Assembly (NCBI GenBank): GCA_011109175.1 | Contig: RDEW01000100.1 | Span: forward strand, 1 to 64,000 | Length of the DNA stretch: 64,000 nt | Origin: Dicyema japonicum | Lineage: Eukaryota; Animalia; Dicyemida | Reading direction: 5' to 3' | Shown: positions 12,165-25,205 of the stretch, piece by piece | Layout of the letters: every line of letters begins with the position of its first letter | Position numbering within the stretch: position 1 is the stretch's first letter | Program-made: the position numbers and the translations under genes | Notes under the pieces: generated by a model | The model's input: only the letters and a program-made list of their open reading frames with translations | Database searches by the model: none | Told to the model about the DNA's origin: nothing

Positions 12165-14829
12165 CTTTTTTAACTTCTTGCTTTATTGAGTTATTTATGA
12201 CCAGGTTAATAATGTTCAGAAATGGATGATTGCCGGGTTCATATTTTTTAGATTAGGATGGGAGTGAGTCACTAGTTATTAAGGCGATTTAAATTTAAAA
12301 TGCTATAATTTTTATAATATGGAAATGCCGTTAGATTTGGTTAAATTGAGTCAAAATTCCCAATATTTCACGTTTTAAGGTTAAATGACATAATTAAAGT
12401 TAAACAAAAGTGAAAAAATTTCAAATAAAACTCGGTAGAGATTCCTCTAATTAATAAAGAACTTGAAAATTTATTTCGGTTAACCAGTATTATTTTTTGT
12501 CGTAGTTAGACTAAAATATCAACATTAAATTGTTTTTTTTTCTATAACTATTTTTGAATTTTATTTTTAATTGAGGTTCCTGATGTCATGTGATGCTATG
12601 TAGCTAATTGGTTAAAAATTACTCTTTCTTCCCTTTGACGTTAATATTGAATATCTAATTGTAAATTTCATAACATAGGTAATAATGAAATTTTTTAGGA
12701 CAAAGGCTCCATTATGGTATGCAGGCATTGAGCACTCAATGGAATTACCTCTTGCGAGCCCAATGCTCTGGAAGATACAACGTGTCATTTTAGGATCTCC
12801 CTTTTTAGTCCTGCAAGTCGACCGATCAGCCAGACAAACTTTGCTATGTGGGACATACATATTGAAGAATAAGTTTGTTTATATTGTAATCAGATCACTG
12901 ACCCTATTGAAAGGCATCAGATCGCCTATTGCAAGGAAGAAAGATATTAAAAAGAAGAGCTGACTTATTGAGCGTATTTCCTTACAAATCTTTATGGGAA
13001 GTGGGTTTTCAATGCTGGGAGCGGCCATTCTTTACTGAACGGAACTTCTAGCAATTGCTAACTGTTTGTTTTTAAATAAGTTATTAAAATTAAACAAAAA
13101 AGTTTCATTATTAAAATATCAAGGTATGATGAGATTGGTTGTAGGATTACATGATAAAATTTGATTTTATGTATCGTAATTATGTTAAAATTTAAGGATC
13201 ACAAACCACTTGTATTAATGAACCTTCTGATGCTGTTGTTTTTCTGATGAAAGCGAAGAGAAATTTTATGTAGATTTGTATAAGACCTCTCTAAGGACGA
13301 TATTCTCCCACAAATGTATGGTAAGACATTTTCGCTTTCAGACGCTCGACTGGGTGATTTGAAGGATATTAGTAGCAGTGATTATCCATTTTACTACATG
13401 ACGGTCAACGTCTGAATAAATCCATTTCACTGTGAATACGTGGGTTGCAAGTAAATCATTCTGCCAATAAGAATTTAGATGAAGCTAATGAAATCAAAAA
13501 ATTGAGTGTTGAGTGTTTAGCCAGAATATTTCGTGAATGATTGTATGTCCGAGTGTTCGACCAATCCTGTCAATGTAATATTTCTCACAATTACTCGTAT
13601 TAGCCATGTCATTATAATCCCCAAATCATTACGAATGTTAGAATAATAATGTAAATTTATCCCCATTTTTTGAATTCTCGTATGATTAGAAAAAAGATGA
13701 ATGACGCCTTAAAGAAAATCTTTGTCGGTAGAATATTGTATAATCATTGGATCATTAGTATTATCGAAATATTACGTAACTTGTCATTATACGCAGAATG
13801 TACTAGTTATGAGTGCTACACCACTTTTCTTGAATCTATCAATTTTCATTTAAAATTTATGTCGTCGATCCTCTGAGAAAATTTTCTGTTTTATTATTTT
13901 GTTGTTATTCATGAATTGTGATGTTGAGGAGGGTGGTTAAGGAGAAAACAAGAATACGTAGAAATTGTTTGTTTGAATGATAGTACTGTGAAATGTTTTG
14001 AAATATGTTTTATTTACTTTTGGATATGTAGAAATATAATCCACATACTGATTCTCTGTTTACATTTGAAGTCACTGACTTCAAAAAAATAAAGTTAGCG
14101 ATAGGCGATCGTTCATCGTAAAGTGAGCTTTATATAAAAAGTTGCGCAACTTTTACGTGAAATTACATAATTATTAATTCATTTTTGATCAAATAGAGAT
14201 ACCATTCATCTTCGTGCACGTAAGTGTGGCTAGAAGTTTACGAGATTATTGAAGAGGGAAAAGACTTCTTTCTCAAATAACAGTTGTTCCAATCAATCGG
14301 ATGCAACTTGAAAAAATTTCAACTGAAAGTCAACCCTTTACAATTCAAGAAATATCAATCAACAATCCCTTTGCTTACCGAAAGGCAGAATATAGTCATT
14401 CGAGTTCCTCCATAGTGTTATTTCAAGATTAGAGATTTGTGTTGATTTTTTAGAATCCATAACTTTATAAGTTTCTGAAGTTTCATGTATAGAAACTCAC
14501 AATTCAACCATTTCACTCATGAAAAAAGAAAAACAAGGACAATGTTATATTTACATGAGATTATTAACGCATTGAGTGATCCCTCTAACGAGATGATTTA
14601 TTGGTGTCTCTTCAGGTTCCACCGCTTACATTTTTCAGCCTACATTTTGTAAAAATGTATGGCAGCAAGATTTACTTTGCCAAAGTTCTCGAATTTCATT
14701 ATTCATGCTGGCCCTCTGCACCAAAAACATGTTCTTCAGCACCATTCCAATTCCCACGGATTTGAAAGTGTAGTGAAAAAATAAGAGAATAAGTCAATGA
14801 CTTTTTATGTTTTTAACAACCAACTCTGT

Positions 14830-15750
14830 TCAAAATTTAGTTTGAACAGAAGAATGCTTATTTATTTGGGGTAACTTCATAAATAAAACGGTCATCTTTT
14901 TGAGAATCACTAATACACGAAAGAGAGAATCCCATCTTTTATGTCCTTCTTCAGAGACAAGTAGATTGGGTAATTGTCCTGGGCAAGGAGGAATCCGGTG
15001 GTCGTTGGGGGGGACTTGGGTGTCGCTCAAAAGTGATGCGTAGGACTATTAGACAACTCAATTATACGGTGTTGATCTGCAAGGATCCTCACGGCAGCAC
15101 AGATTCCACCTTCTGAAAGTTTTCGACGGATCGCACTTCTTAATCTCTGAGTGTCCGAGATATTCGATGTTGGCTTTCATTGTTTTGGAATTTGTAGGTA
15201 AGTTTTTCTGAGTCTGCCAATAGGTTCTTTGAAAAGAATGTGTGGACATTGTCCTTTACTAATGACGTAAGTGATTTCTCTTCTTTTCCCCTCTTATGGG
15301 GTATGCATAGTGTGAATGGAGCGAAGCAAAATAATCGTAAACCAATTCTCAGAGTCGTCCGAAGAAACTGACCTTTCAATAACTCACATAGGCAGTCCGC
15401 GACAGATGTACGGGCAGCTTTAGGAATCCTGATCAGGAATCTTTGTGTGTGTGTCAGGTTTGAGATCAATTCAAGTATTTCCTGAGTTTGAGATCAATTC
15501 AAGTATTTCCTGGTGGTCTAGTGGAACATGTTCAGAAGGGTAGCGTTGGGAAGAGTTTGTCGTATTATCTGGTATGAGACATGACCGACAGTGCCAATCG
15601 GAACTGACAGCCAGGGCTCTTTTAGTCATTCCGGCACAGGACATGTGGAAGCCACGCGAACAGGCGTGCAATTGGATCATCCGCTTTCTTTTGTCCATTA
15701 TGTTGCATTTTTTGCTGATCTCATCTTCTTTTGCAGTTTTCTTCATGTTC
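14830..15750 (-). mobile_element. CRE-clade LINE N-terminal relic preceded by a PHD-finger-like segment
   Basis: RIPKAARTSVADCLCELL...RLFCFAPFTL and RHPSPPNDH are CRE pre-RT motifs. Upstream is HACSRGFHMSCAG...DWHCRSC (PHD-like). A 28-bp tandem duplication lies at 15459-15512. Confidence 0.7.
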
Positions 15751-16634
15751 TTTTCTGATTTTCCTTTCTTTTTCTATCTCTCTTCTTAGCACCACAACGA
15801 GTAGCGTGCTATATTTTCTTTTTTATTTTTATAAAGAAAAAATATAGTAAGAAATCAACTTTGTGTGGACCTTTCCAATCATAAACACATATATGCTCCC
15901 ACAGATGATCGCTTAATGATAACCTGAGGAAAGTTGAATACTTTTATACTAATCTGTCGGTTATCTGCGCAGAACTTACACACTCAGCACTATAATGATT
16001 GTGGGAGACCGGAAAAGTGGATACGTGGATTACCTCCGAAGAAACATTTATTGGAAGCTCGGCAGAGAAAGAAACCTGCCTGGGGAACTTCTGCAAGTAA
16101 AAAACCTATCCCTGCAACACGACGTTCGCGCATTCTGCTAAACACAAGATTTTGATTTCTCGTGTGCACATGGTTTGTCACGTCCTATTACATAGTGATT
16201 ATATTAATAATTATCCGAATGCTGCTAAGGCAGTAGACCTCGAGAGGAACTTGATATGTTTAAGTTTAAATCAAAGATAGTTTTAACTCAAAAATGAAGT
16301 CGATTTCCACTTTGTGATATGCAATCAAAACGTGCAGTTCCATAAATTGGTTACGAACCCTGGGGACATTCACTTGTAGAATAGTTAGGGTAGAACTGTA
16401 CCAGGTTTGGTTCTACAACATTAACAGAAGACACTGAGAGCGGAATATTGTTAACCAACTCTTTTTCATATCACTTTGATACTGAGTGCTTCCATAAAAG
16501 GTGAAACACATGGCACCACGTAAATTAAATCCATCTATGATATGGAAGATTTAAAATTAATTAAATCAATAAAACTTTTATGAAATAAGTAATAAATTAT
16601 TTTTAAATTTAAATTTAAAATTTTCACGTGCCAT

Positions 16635-18303
16635 ATGGGGAAAAAGTCTAGTAAAAGCAAGAATCACGATACAGTTCAAGAAATTCCAAACTAAAGAATA
16701 AACTATTTACTGTAACGTAGTGTAAGCATTAAAGATCACTTCAACGGAGAATATTAAAAAGTTTACTGACCTCCCATTGTCCGAGCTCACTCTCAATTGA
16801 TTGACACAGTGGCAAGAAGTAACAGATATCCAGAGGAAGCAATCCTTCCAGCTCTTCGGGGACAAAATTTTATAGGCCGCAGCAAAGACGGGATCAGGAA
16901 AAACCCTAGCATTCCTCATTCCAGTACATATTATACTCATCAAAGTTATTGATTGGGCACATGTCTCTCATCTTGACGGCCTGACAGCTCTCATAGTGTC
17001 CCCACTAGGGAGTTGGCCTCCTAAATATTCAAGGTCCTAGACGGAATTTGTTCTGAGCACGTGTTTACACGGGGACTGCTCATAGGAGGCGAAAAGACTC
17101 AGCTAAAATCGAGTCCCAACATAATTGTGGGAACCCCTGGAAGACTTCTTGAATTCTTAGAAGAGGGTGAGAGTCTGAACCTCGAGTGTTAGGTTAGTTG
17201 TCCATGATCACTGTAGTGTTGGACGAGGCTGACCATACCTTGACTTGGGGTTTTCGGAGACCCTAAACTACATCATCGAATTGTTGCCCCAAAAGAGACA
17301 GAATCTGTTGTTCTCAGCCACGCTAACAAAGTCTGTGACCGATTTGAGTCGACTACACGTGACCAGTCCTCTTTACATTTCCGTCATGAACACTCAGAGT
17401 TCTCTACCCCCAACGGCCTAAAACAGGTAGCACCGTGAAATCTATGCAGAAATATATAAAATGCGGCATATGCCAGAAAATGAGCGTTTTGTGTGTACTT
17501 GTGATGAATAAACGGAGTATGATTGTGTTCCTATCCACGTGTAAGCAGGTGAGGTATCTGGAGGGTCGTCTGAAAGCCATGAGGATCAAAGTAGGATGTC
17601 TTTATGGTGGAATGAAACAACATCAAAGGAGTCGCGTTTGTGAAGAGTTTGAGAATAGGAATTACTCTGCTCTTATTGCTACTGATTTGGCAGCACTTGG
17701 TTTAGACTTTGCTGCGGTCGACTGGGTGATTCAGCTTGACTGTCCCAATTCTGTTGATTTGTACATCCACAGAGTTGGGAGGACTGCGAGGTACCATAAA
17801 TCGTGGACATTCATGGCTGGTTTTGTTGTACTCTGAGTTATCCTTCGTTGAAAAGTTACTGAATCAACGAATCCCCATAATTGAGATCAACTGTGAAACC
17901 CACATGGATGTGACTAGTCGAGTCCAGTCCTGCTGTGCTAACAATCCAGAATTGAAGCATGCCATTCTCTCCTACTCCAAGTGGGTCTTTTATGCTGCGG
18001 ACAAGGAGTTATTCGATGCTAAGAAGCTGAATCTCGGAATTTTCAAGGTATTTTCCATGCTTACGATTTAAGTCTATGGGACTTTCTGTTACTCCGCGAC
18101 TTCGGTTTCTGGAGAAACAATTGGCAGCTCAGAACAAGGTGATTTACTTTGGATTATTTGTAGGCTGTTGACGGAAAGAGTAAGGCGAGAAAACGGAAGA
18201 TTTCCGTGTCGGGACCACAGGATGGAATAAGTCGCGTAATACTGATAGCTTGGAAAACAAATCGTTGGCTGAGATTGAGGCTTTGGCGTTTAAGTTTTTA
18301 TAA
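16635..18303 (+). pseudogene. DDX10: DEAD-box RNA helicase DDX10/Dbp4-like, disrupted
   Basis: Motifs FTDLPLS, AKTGSGKTLAFLIP, SP(T)RELA, GTPGRLL, VLDEAD, LLFSATLT, WVIQLDCP, YIHRVGRTARY and GLSVTPRLRFL, with 22-25-nt introns. Several -1 lesions, an in-frame TAA at 17022-17024 and motif V ARG changed to ALG. Confidence 0.88.
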
Positions 18304-19989
18304 ATTTTGTTAATTTTGTCGTATTCAGTATAAATATTTATATATTTTGTTTTATGAGTAACACGTGGTTAAATTGGTTATTAATGTCTGGGTTAAGTGG
18401 AATTGAGATGGTTCTGTTAGGAAATATATATTCGTGACGCACGTGTCGTCTTTATGCAAGAATTGAAATCACTCATCCTGTATTTCTAGCCAATTCGAGA
18501 TTATGCTTTGCTATTTTTGGGGGTTTAAATTAATTTTATATTTATATCGGGTATTTAGAGACTGACATGTCCCTTGCCAGAAAACTATCGATAATTTATC
18601 CAGGTGGTCATGATGTGGGAATTGTCTCAAAATGTTTGAGAAAAATTCTATGCCTGCGAAAAAAGAAAAATATGTGAAACAGAGTAGAAATTTTGTGTAG
18701 TCTAAGTACTTCACATCAACCACTTGACAAACTGGACACGTTTATTTTGGAGTCATTGTTAAAATATTTTGACTTGCTATTATTATACTTCTTGAACTAA
18801 TTCTTGTGACCTCTCAAGGTACTCGATTGATCTCTATAAAGTTCCAGGACAAGAGAGTGTAGACGTGGGTAGGTCCCCAAATTACAAAAGGATGAAATTT
18901 CCAAACTGCAAAGGAATTTGAATCTAAATCTGAACAGAATTAAGTAAAATTATTGTCGATAAACCTAAAAACAATTTCTAAATACCACAACATTAAATTA
19001 ATTGTCACAGTGGTTACTGCTACACTAACATTCCTTCTGTCCTCTTTGGAATCAGCCTTCCTCTGTCTTAGTCAGCCAAGAAAACTTTTTTACTTTTTAA
19101 CTCAGTGATGATAGTAGACAGAATGGAAATAGCGAACTACTTTAGAAATCTATCCCCTGCTTCTTTAAATGGGGGTAAACTAACTGAATAGTAATGAAAA
19201 TCGACTGATTGCCATTAATAGGAAAATCAGAACTAAATAAACGAAGGATATATTTGGATGAAAGCTCGAAGGTCAATTTCGAAATATCGAAGCAAACAAC
19301 TCATACCTTCTTTTCTCTGGTAAATGCACAAAAAGTCAAGTTAATTGGGAATCAATAAAATTAGAGATCATATTAGCCACTCCAAATGTAGGATCATAAA
19401 TCTGAGGATGTCATCATCATTCACTTAAGCAATAGAAGAAGGATTCCAGGTAGGCTAGTTTGTCTTGTCCACGAGAACTAAGAGGTCAGATTCCGAACCA
19501 ACCAGAACGGACTCCTTCGTGAAAATCGTAAAGTCTAGCAACATTTTTCGACAGGGGAAACTCAACTTTCAGACATTCTGTCAAATTCGGAAGCTTAACC
19601 CCCATCTGAATCTGACGAAAGTAATTTTAAAAGATGTTGGAGACTGAAATAGAGACAAGTCGTCATCATTTTATTAATGGTAGACAACGTCTGTGCTGCA
19701 AAGTCGGTAGAGCTCTTAAAAGCGCTGAAACGATCTCTTCAACTGATCCCCAATTGAAGATCTCAGAGATTTCCCCCAGGAATTTTGAGAGGTATTATCA
19801 ATGCTGTTTAGGCTTCTTCGTTCATTTGATTATACGGAAAATTTTTTTAATTATGTCAACCCCCTGGTTCCTCACACGAACCTACTGGTTCACGTTATGT
19901 TGGAATTCAATAATAATTATTAAACAATTAATTTAAGATTAACATCAGAAATAAATTAACTATTGTAGGGGCTCCTTTTATGTTATCCA

Positions 19990-20900
19990 ACCTAACACAT
20001 TCTCCTTCTCTTATGGCCCAACTCGACCAATAACACAGACTCAAGTCTTCGTTGTCCCAATTTGTCCATTTTGTTCCTCTCCATGGTGGCATATTTGGCT
20101 CGTTAGTCCTTCTCTAATGGTATCGTCCATCAATCCTTCTTCAAGGCTAAATCCATATTTGTGTTCTACTCGCATTCTTTCCAATGTCTTCTTGATCACT
20201 TGAGATTGGATGTACGCTCTTATAATACTCTCCACATTAAGCGAAGCATGGTGATGTTTATAAAACCTTGATACAATTCCATCCCAGGTAAGCACTATTG
20301 CACAATGTTAACCTTAACATTATGTTTAGTCCCAATTCGCCTGCAAGCAGGTCATATTTGTGCAATTTTTCTACTTCAACTTTTTTTAGTGCCTGCTGGG
20401 AAGTAATGCCAATTTCAATAAGTGTATTCATGTTTTTCAGTTTATCGAGAAAAAAATAAATCAGGCTTGTTATGCTCAATATTTGTCTCGGTATTAATTG
20501 TGATGTCCACATGAATTTCAACATTGTCGTTGGCGATTATTGATTGCACAGAGTGTGTTTTTGAGCTTCTTCGAGTGTTCTATCCCATATAATCAGCATA
20601 GATACAGATGAATACATCTCACTACTTCGTTGTGTCGGCGAAGATAGTCACTGTTCAGCATTCGAACACATTTTGTAGCCAAATGATCAACACTTTTTTA
20701 GCAGTGCTACAGTGACCACAATTAGAGCCAATATGTCGGCATTCAAAAAAATCTATCTATTCATTCCTCCGGGTGACATTTCATTCCCTGGTGACGAGTT
20801 CTGAAATCGACCTCAGTTTCCCAGACGATATCCCGATGGTGGATTTGTTTTTGAAAACACTTTTAGAACATACGTAGAATTTGAAACAATCGTGTTTTTA
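19990..20900 (-). mobile_element. R4/Dong-like LINE 3' relic (CCHC finger plus restriction-like endonuclease)
   Basis: VDHLATKC...RRHNEVVRCIHL, HNKPD, EKLHKYDLLAGELG and TWDGIVSR parallel the more intact copy at 30.3 kb. Confidence 0.85.
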
Positions 20901-21559
20901 AAGAGTATTTCCGATCTATTATGAATGCTTGCTACTAGTATAAACTTAACTTCAAATGCTGTCCTAATACATATTTTCTAAATTTATCAAATTTATATTG
21001 ACTATTCACTAACTCTTCTTGAATCCATAATTTGCAAGTACTGAGGAGTTTACCCTTTAACTATGATCATTCGTTTCTACACTTATTGTGTGGGCTCAAG
21101 GAGGACAAATGATTAGTAAGTTTAATTAACTATGTTCTTTTGAGTTATTATTTAACAAGGAACTTATCAATTCTAATAATTAATTGACATATATTAATGA
21201 ATTTGATTTATTTCAAAAACCAAAGTTAAAAGGTAACAATTAGTGTGTCCACGATCCACACGAGTCATAAAACTTCTATCACATTCATCCAATATTCCTT
21301 TCTTTAGTCTGCAGAACTCGTAAGGGCTAAGAACTGCACATCATTATTTAACTGGCACAACACTTTATTAAACGTATTAAGGTTTCAAAGTGAGTGAGAA
21401 TCATGTCTTTCAAGTAATTTGAAGTCCTTCCACATTGTATGCACTTTTCTGAAAAAAACGTGCTGCTGTATAGTTTGTGGTGCATAAAAGTGTATTGCTA
21501 ACTGTCTGCTAAAATTGCCTATAGAGTCTAGACATTCTATTTCACTCGACACACAATTT

Positions 21560-22060
21560 TTAACCGCATTCTTCGGGCTGTTATCTCCGACTATGCCAGA
21601 TTACACTTTTTTGCATCCTAACTTATCGCCTTCAGAAAGCCTTATGGTGAGTTCACACCCATCGCTATAGGCATCATATTCAGGCGCCTGACGGCAAGGA
21701 TTGCTGCCAGAGCAGCGATCCATACTCTAAGCCCCCAACTGACCCCTATTCAACTTGTGGTTGGAATTCCTCATGGATGCGAATTAGTAATCCACTCAAT
21801 CCGGAACTTCACTGCCAGTTAGCCAGAGACCAGAGCAGCGATCAAACTCTAAGCCCCCAACTGACCCCTACTCAACTTGGGGTTGGAATTCCTCATGGAC
21901 GCGAAATAGTAATCCACTCAATCCGGAACTTCGCTGCCAGTTAGCTAGAGACCACGAATGCTATAATATTCAAATTGGAAATCCGCAATACTTTCAATAG
22001 CATTCGCAAAAATATATTTCAAATATTCTGATCCAATTTAGAAATTCTGAACTCCCACAC
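21560..22060 (+). mobile_element. CRE-clade RT fragment containing a ~123-bp tandem duplication
   Basis: PIAIGIIFRRLTARIAA...QLVVGIPHGCELVIHSIR. Units 21708-21830 and 21831-~21953 are ~90% identical, with CAGAG microhomology at the junction. Confidence 0.8.
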
Positions 22061-22260
22061 GTCTTTATACTTTGTCAAGAATTTACGCAACGACTCCTTT
22101 TGACTATCTGCAAAGAAACGCGCTCAATGACTCAAATCTTTTCTCTCTTTTCCCAATTGCAACAAGCGATGCAATATGCTTTAGCAGAATCAGTGATCTG
22201 CTTCTTTGAGTCTTGTAATTTCCACGTCGAAATTCAAAAAATTTACTTTCCATTGAAACT

Positions 22261-22800
22261 CTAGCGTCTCAGTCTATTCCTCTCCTTTAGAGTCTCAGTC
22301 TTTTCAGAGCCTTGGTTAGTTACAGTAATAGAAAGGTTGGAAAAAGAGATTATGTCCAGACTCCAATTGGATAGGGTATCCCGTCGTTTCACTTTGTTTG
22401 GACTCTTTCCAGCACTACTCTGACAGGAGAAAGCGTGATGAATTTTCGCGTCCACCATCCAATCTGAGGCAAACGCAAACCCCAATTCTTGTGCCATCGT
22501 CATTAATATCACAAGTGAGGTGCATGGGAATGATCTGATTCATACGCAACTTTAATTTGTCGATGCATAAGCTAGACGATGCTGTCCAAATTCAGGTTTT
22601 ATCTAATTATGTTCTTTGAGCATAAATGCTCGTCCCAGCTAGTTGTTCATTAGGGTTCTACAGGAATTTACATTTAGACGTGTCCAGATTTGCCGAGCCA
22701 TGCATGACACTGCTTCAACGTCAGATCCGTTAATGTTGCGTAGGATCTTCTCACAAGACCACCGGAAGCATAGGTCGTAGATAGAAAAGCCTGAAAGGCA
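22261..22800 (-). mobile_element. CRE-clade post-RT / zinc-finger relic
   Basis: HAFSCQSSAGK resembles the CRE motif HGLSC..SAGR. Confidence 0.5.
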
Positions 22801-23149
22801 AGTTCTATTGGCGAACGTATCCCGATTTTTTCAATAATGAACCAGTACTTTTTAATTAACTCTCAGTTCTACAAGAAAATTCTAAAAGTATTTTAATTAT
22901 TTAATTTCTGACTGCTTACAAATTGACCACAAACTGATAGTTGACGTCGTTCTGCATGACTAAATCTCATTATGATTGACGTAAAGTCTCTTCTCGGTTC
23001 TTGTAGTGCATGGGACAAATTACTGACTCAAGAAGTTTGAATAACTCTAAAACTAATTTTAAACAAGTAATAACATAATTAATAGCGAACTTGAAGTTAA
23101 GGAACAAATTAAGATAATTTTAATCTTCCACAGTAGAATCTTCAGGAAA

Positions 23150-23790
23150 GTTTAATCTAGTAGATTTTTTTGGTGATCCCCAATGAAATGAGCATATATC
23201 GTTCCTTCCTGAATGAGTTATTTCCTCATGACTGAGACCTTACATAATATTTCTAGGTCTCCGTTCAATGTGGCCATATTACTGCGGCATAATTCACTCG
23301 AAGTTGCCTTTCACGATCCACTGGGGATCATTTTTGATTTTGTAATTTTATTATTCTTTTTTTTTCTTGATTTTTATTTCACTTTCTTTTCTCCGCCAGG
23401 GTCATTGAATCCGCCTCAGTCAAGAGACGTCCGATGCCTCGCCGACATTCATAAAGATCCATCTATTCATTCGATCGGGTAAAAATTTCACTCCCTGGCG
23501 TTTAGTTCAAGAATCGACCTCAACCTCCGGACAAAGTCCTAGGGATTACTATGCTTGAATGAGGATCCTGTTAGAACACCTCAGGATCAAAAAACTTTTT
23601 AATTATTAGTCAAATGATCTCCTCAAAGAAAATTGACTCAGAGTTGCCCCTCACATTGGCAACGGAAATCAACTCTTCAGCGCGGCCAATGCTAAATATG
23701 TTGATGAAAGCCAGGTCTTCTCTTTTTCCAATGATATGAACATCACCGACAAAAATAGAAACATTTCAGAAGTTAATAATTTTTCGTTTT
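23150..23790 (-). mobile_element. Decayed R4-like RT/thumb fragment
   Basis: FVGDVHIIGK (~FMDDLKLYGK), RLRSILELNAR and LYECRRGIGRLL (~LY.PRK.GGRGL). Confidence 0.4.
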
Positions 23791-24418
23791 TTTTGCAATA
23801 ATTTATTATTTGTTATGTAAAGTTGTCCGATATACTACCGATCCTAAAGTTTGGTTTATTTCATTCTCTTACAGACCCACATGCCTCATATTGGTGGAGA
23901 ATGTTGACAATGTTAAAATATAAATTCTACAAACGTCATCACAATTTACTAAAATTCGGACCAAAAATTATGGAATGACTTTCTTGGAAAATTCCAAGAA
24001 AACTCATAGCCTAATGAAACAGTTTCATCAACAAAGATAGTTCACGGATTCTAAAGAATACTATTAACCAAAGCCGAATATGAAAAATGACGATCAAAAT
24101 AAATGAGTCCGGGGGAAAGAGGAGGAGAATAAGTCTAAGGAGAAATCACTTAGTTCATTTATTTCTGAAATTTATAATAAAATAATTTTTAATAAAATTC
24201 AGTTCTCTGCTCAAAGTTCATCATATAACTCACATTCACCAATAGACAAAGCACGTCGAAATGTTATCATTTGTTTTTTTTATTGAAGGTGGAAGTTATT
24301 TACACTGAATCTAGAATAAACAAGGAAAAAAGTCCAGTAACATTACAGACGGTTCGTTAAATGAGCCAGACAATATTCTGAATGATCCACGCATATTCCA
24401 TTCAATTAGAGAATGGAA

Positions 24419-24524
24419 GTGTTTTAGTTGTTATGGTTCATGTAGATTCCATTTATAATTAGACAATGGGACTGTTTTATTTGTAATGGTTCATGTAAAT
24501 TCCATTTATAGTCAGACAATGGGA
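24419..24524. repeat. Two-copy tandem duplication, period 53 bp
   Basis: ATGGTTCATGTA(G/A)ATTCCATTTATA..(T/C)AGACAATGGGA starts at 24433 and 24486. Confidence 0.9.
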
Positions 24525-25205
24525 ATAAATTCAAGCACGTGATATTTACAAAATTTATCAAAATATTAAAATTGAACAAATTCACGGAGAAACAAATAAG
24601 AAATTACAATAAAAATTCAAAATAGTGATAAAAAATTATGCAATAAATATAGAAAAATCAAATAGTGGAGAACAATCCATATTTATAGGTTATTAAAATA
24701 TATATATTAGACATTTTAATAACTACCTTCAACGCTACTTGATCATCCATTAATATATAAAGGAAAATATATCACAATAGACATAAAAAACGATAAAATG
24801 CAATAACAAACAAAGCACCACAACAACGTATAAAATTACATGCCAGATAATGCAATAATGTATCAATAGGTTCGCCATATTGTATAAATATTTTTAAAAA
24901 CAAATAAAATGAATTATTAATAATTCTATCTATAATTGAAGTATGTGTTGCTCTCACTAGTAACAGAGCAATACAAACATAGTGAAAAGTAGATGTAGAG
25001 AAGACTGTGCGGCATATAAGAAAGAATGCATCACTTATGGCTCTAGGTAAATTCGAACAATTGGTTAAAAGCCGATTGCATGAAACTGGTGTCAACATTG
25101 GTACCTAGCGATATGTTGAGATGTTTTCAATTTGTTGAGCTGTAAAATCATATAAAGGGGTGTTTAATTCTGTTCTAGGTACATCAGATCCTTGATGACC
25201 GAGTC

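Noticed and set aside
12685-13070. Possible small multi-exon gene
   Set aside because: Micro-intron-like segments are present, but I could not assemble a consistent frame or recognise a family.
14137-14154. Perfect 18-bp palindrome AAAAGTTGCGCAACTTTT (contains the C/EBP-like TTGCGCAA)
   Set aside because: About one such palindrome is plausible by chance in 64 kb of AT-rich DNA, and no associated gene was identified.
16620-16634. CACGTG/ACGT motif as a shared core promoter element
   Set aside because: Near the ATG in DDX10 and loosely in PRKCSH and RPS4, but absent in myosin and PDCD6 and common elsewhere.
24772-25098. 108-aa hydrophobic ORF as a membrane protein
   Set aside because: It lies antisense and immediately upstream of the decayed R4 element in AT-rich DNA, has no recognisable motif, and is probably a shadow ORF.
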